Shown here in pieces: positions 7,486 to 7,741 of a stretch of DNA of 7,741 bases. A model generated the notes under the pieces. It did not search any database and was not told the origin of the DNA. It saw only the letters and a list, made by a program, of their open reading frames with translations. The stretch spans positions 20,187-27,927 of the forward strand of contig MTSL01000084.1 of the NCBI GenBank assembly GCA_002794465.1, in the 5' to 3' direction. Source of the DNA: Paramicrosporidium saccamoebae KSL3 (Eukaryota; Fungi; Cryptomycota). The translations under genes and the position numbers were made by a program. The number at the start of each line of letters is the position of its first letter. The first letter of the stretch is position 1.

Positions 7486-7740
7486 TCACTCTTCATCGTC
7501 ACACAGGACCACAGCGTGGGCCATGGCTGCTTCACTGACAATGTAAGCCAGCTCCTGGTCGAGATAACGAGGGCCCGGATATGCCTCAAAAGTCGCTCCA
7601 CAGGCCAATAACATCCAGCCTATTGCAAATACACCCATCTTTATCTCACCCTTGCATCGGAGGGCCAATGTGGTCATGACAAAAATGATTGGTAACAGTA
7701 ATGCCAGATCCTGGTCATCGGAGCCCGGACTACGCCAAAC
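7486..7740 (-). CDS. C-terminal fragment of a hypothetical membrane protein, truncated by the window edge
   Basis: The frame is open from the window end: VWRSPGSDDQDLALLLPIIFVMTTLALRCKGEIKMGVFAIGWMLLACGATFEAY...CDDEE*. It has two hydrophobic segments. AATAAA on the minus strand lies at 7449-7444, downstream of the stop. Confidence 0.6.
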   Translation of the reverse strand, partial: VWRSPGSDDQDLALLLPIIFVMTTLALRCKGEIKMGVFAIGWMLLACGATFEAYPGPRYLDQELAYIVSEAAMAHAVVLCDDEE

Positions 7741-7741
7741 T

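Overview
Gene-dense eukaryotic DNA with spliceosomal introns of only 31-36 nt and short intergenic spacers. The genes look fungal-like, and a compact early-diverging lineage such as Rozellomycota is plausible but only inferred. In order, the window holds: a 5'-truncated orphan CDS (+); tRNA-Gly(GCC); a box C/D snoRNA starting about 23 nt after the tRNA; a spliced DPH7/WDR85-like WD40 gene (+); a 10 x 12-bp tandem repeat; an orphan type I membrane protein (+); a spliced branched-chain aminotransferase (-); a spliced SVOP/SV2-like MFS transporter (+); and the 3' end of a membrane protein gene (-). The most interesting signal is invisible in the ORF track. The snoRNA has two antisense elements, one to SSU rRNA and one to LSU rRNA, and it abuts the tRNA in an arrangement resembling a dicistronic tRNA-snoRNA Pol III unit. 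rRNA sequences and yeast position numbers are recalled from knowledge, not searched.
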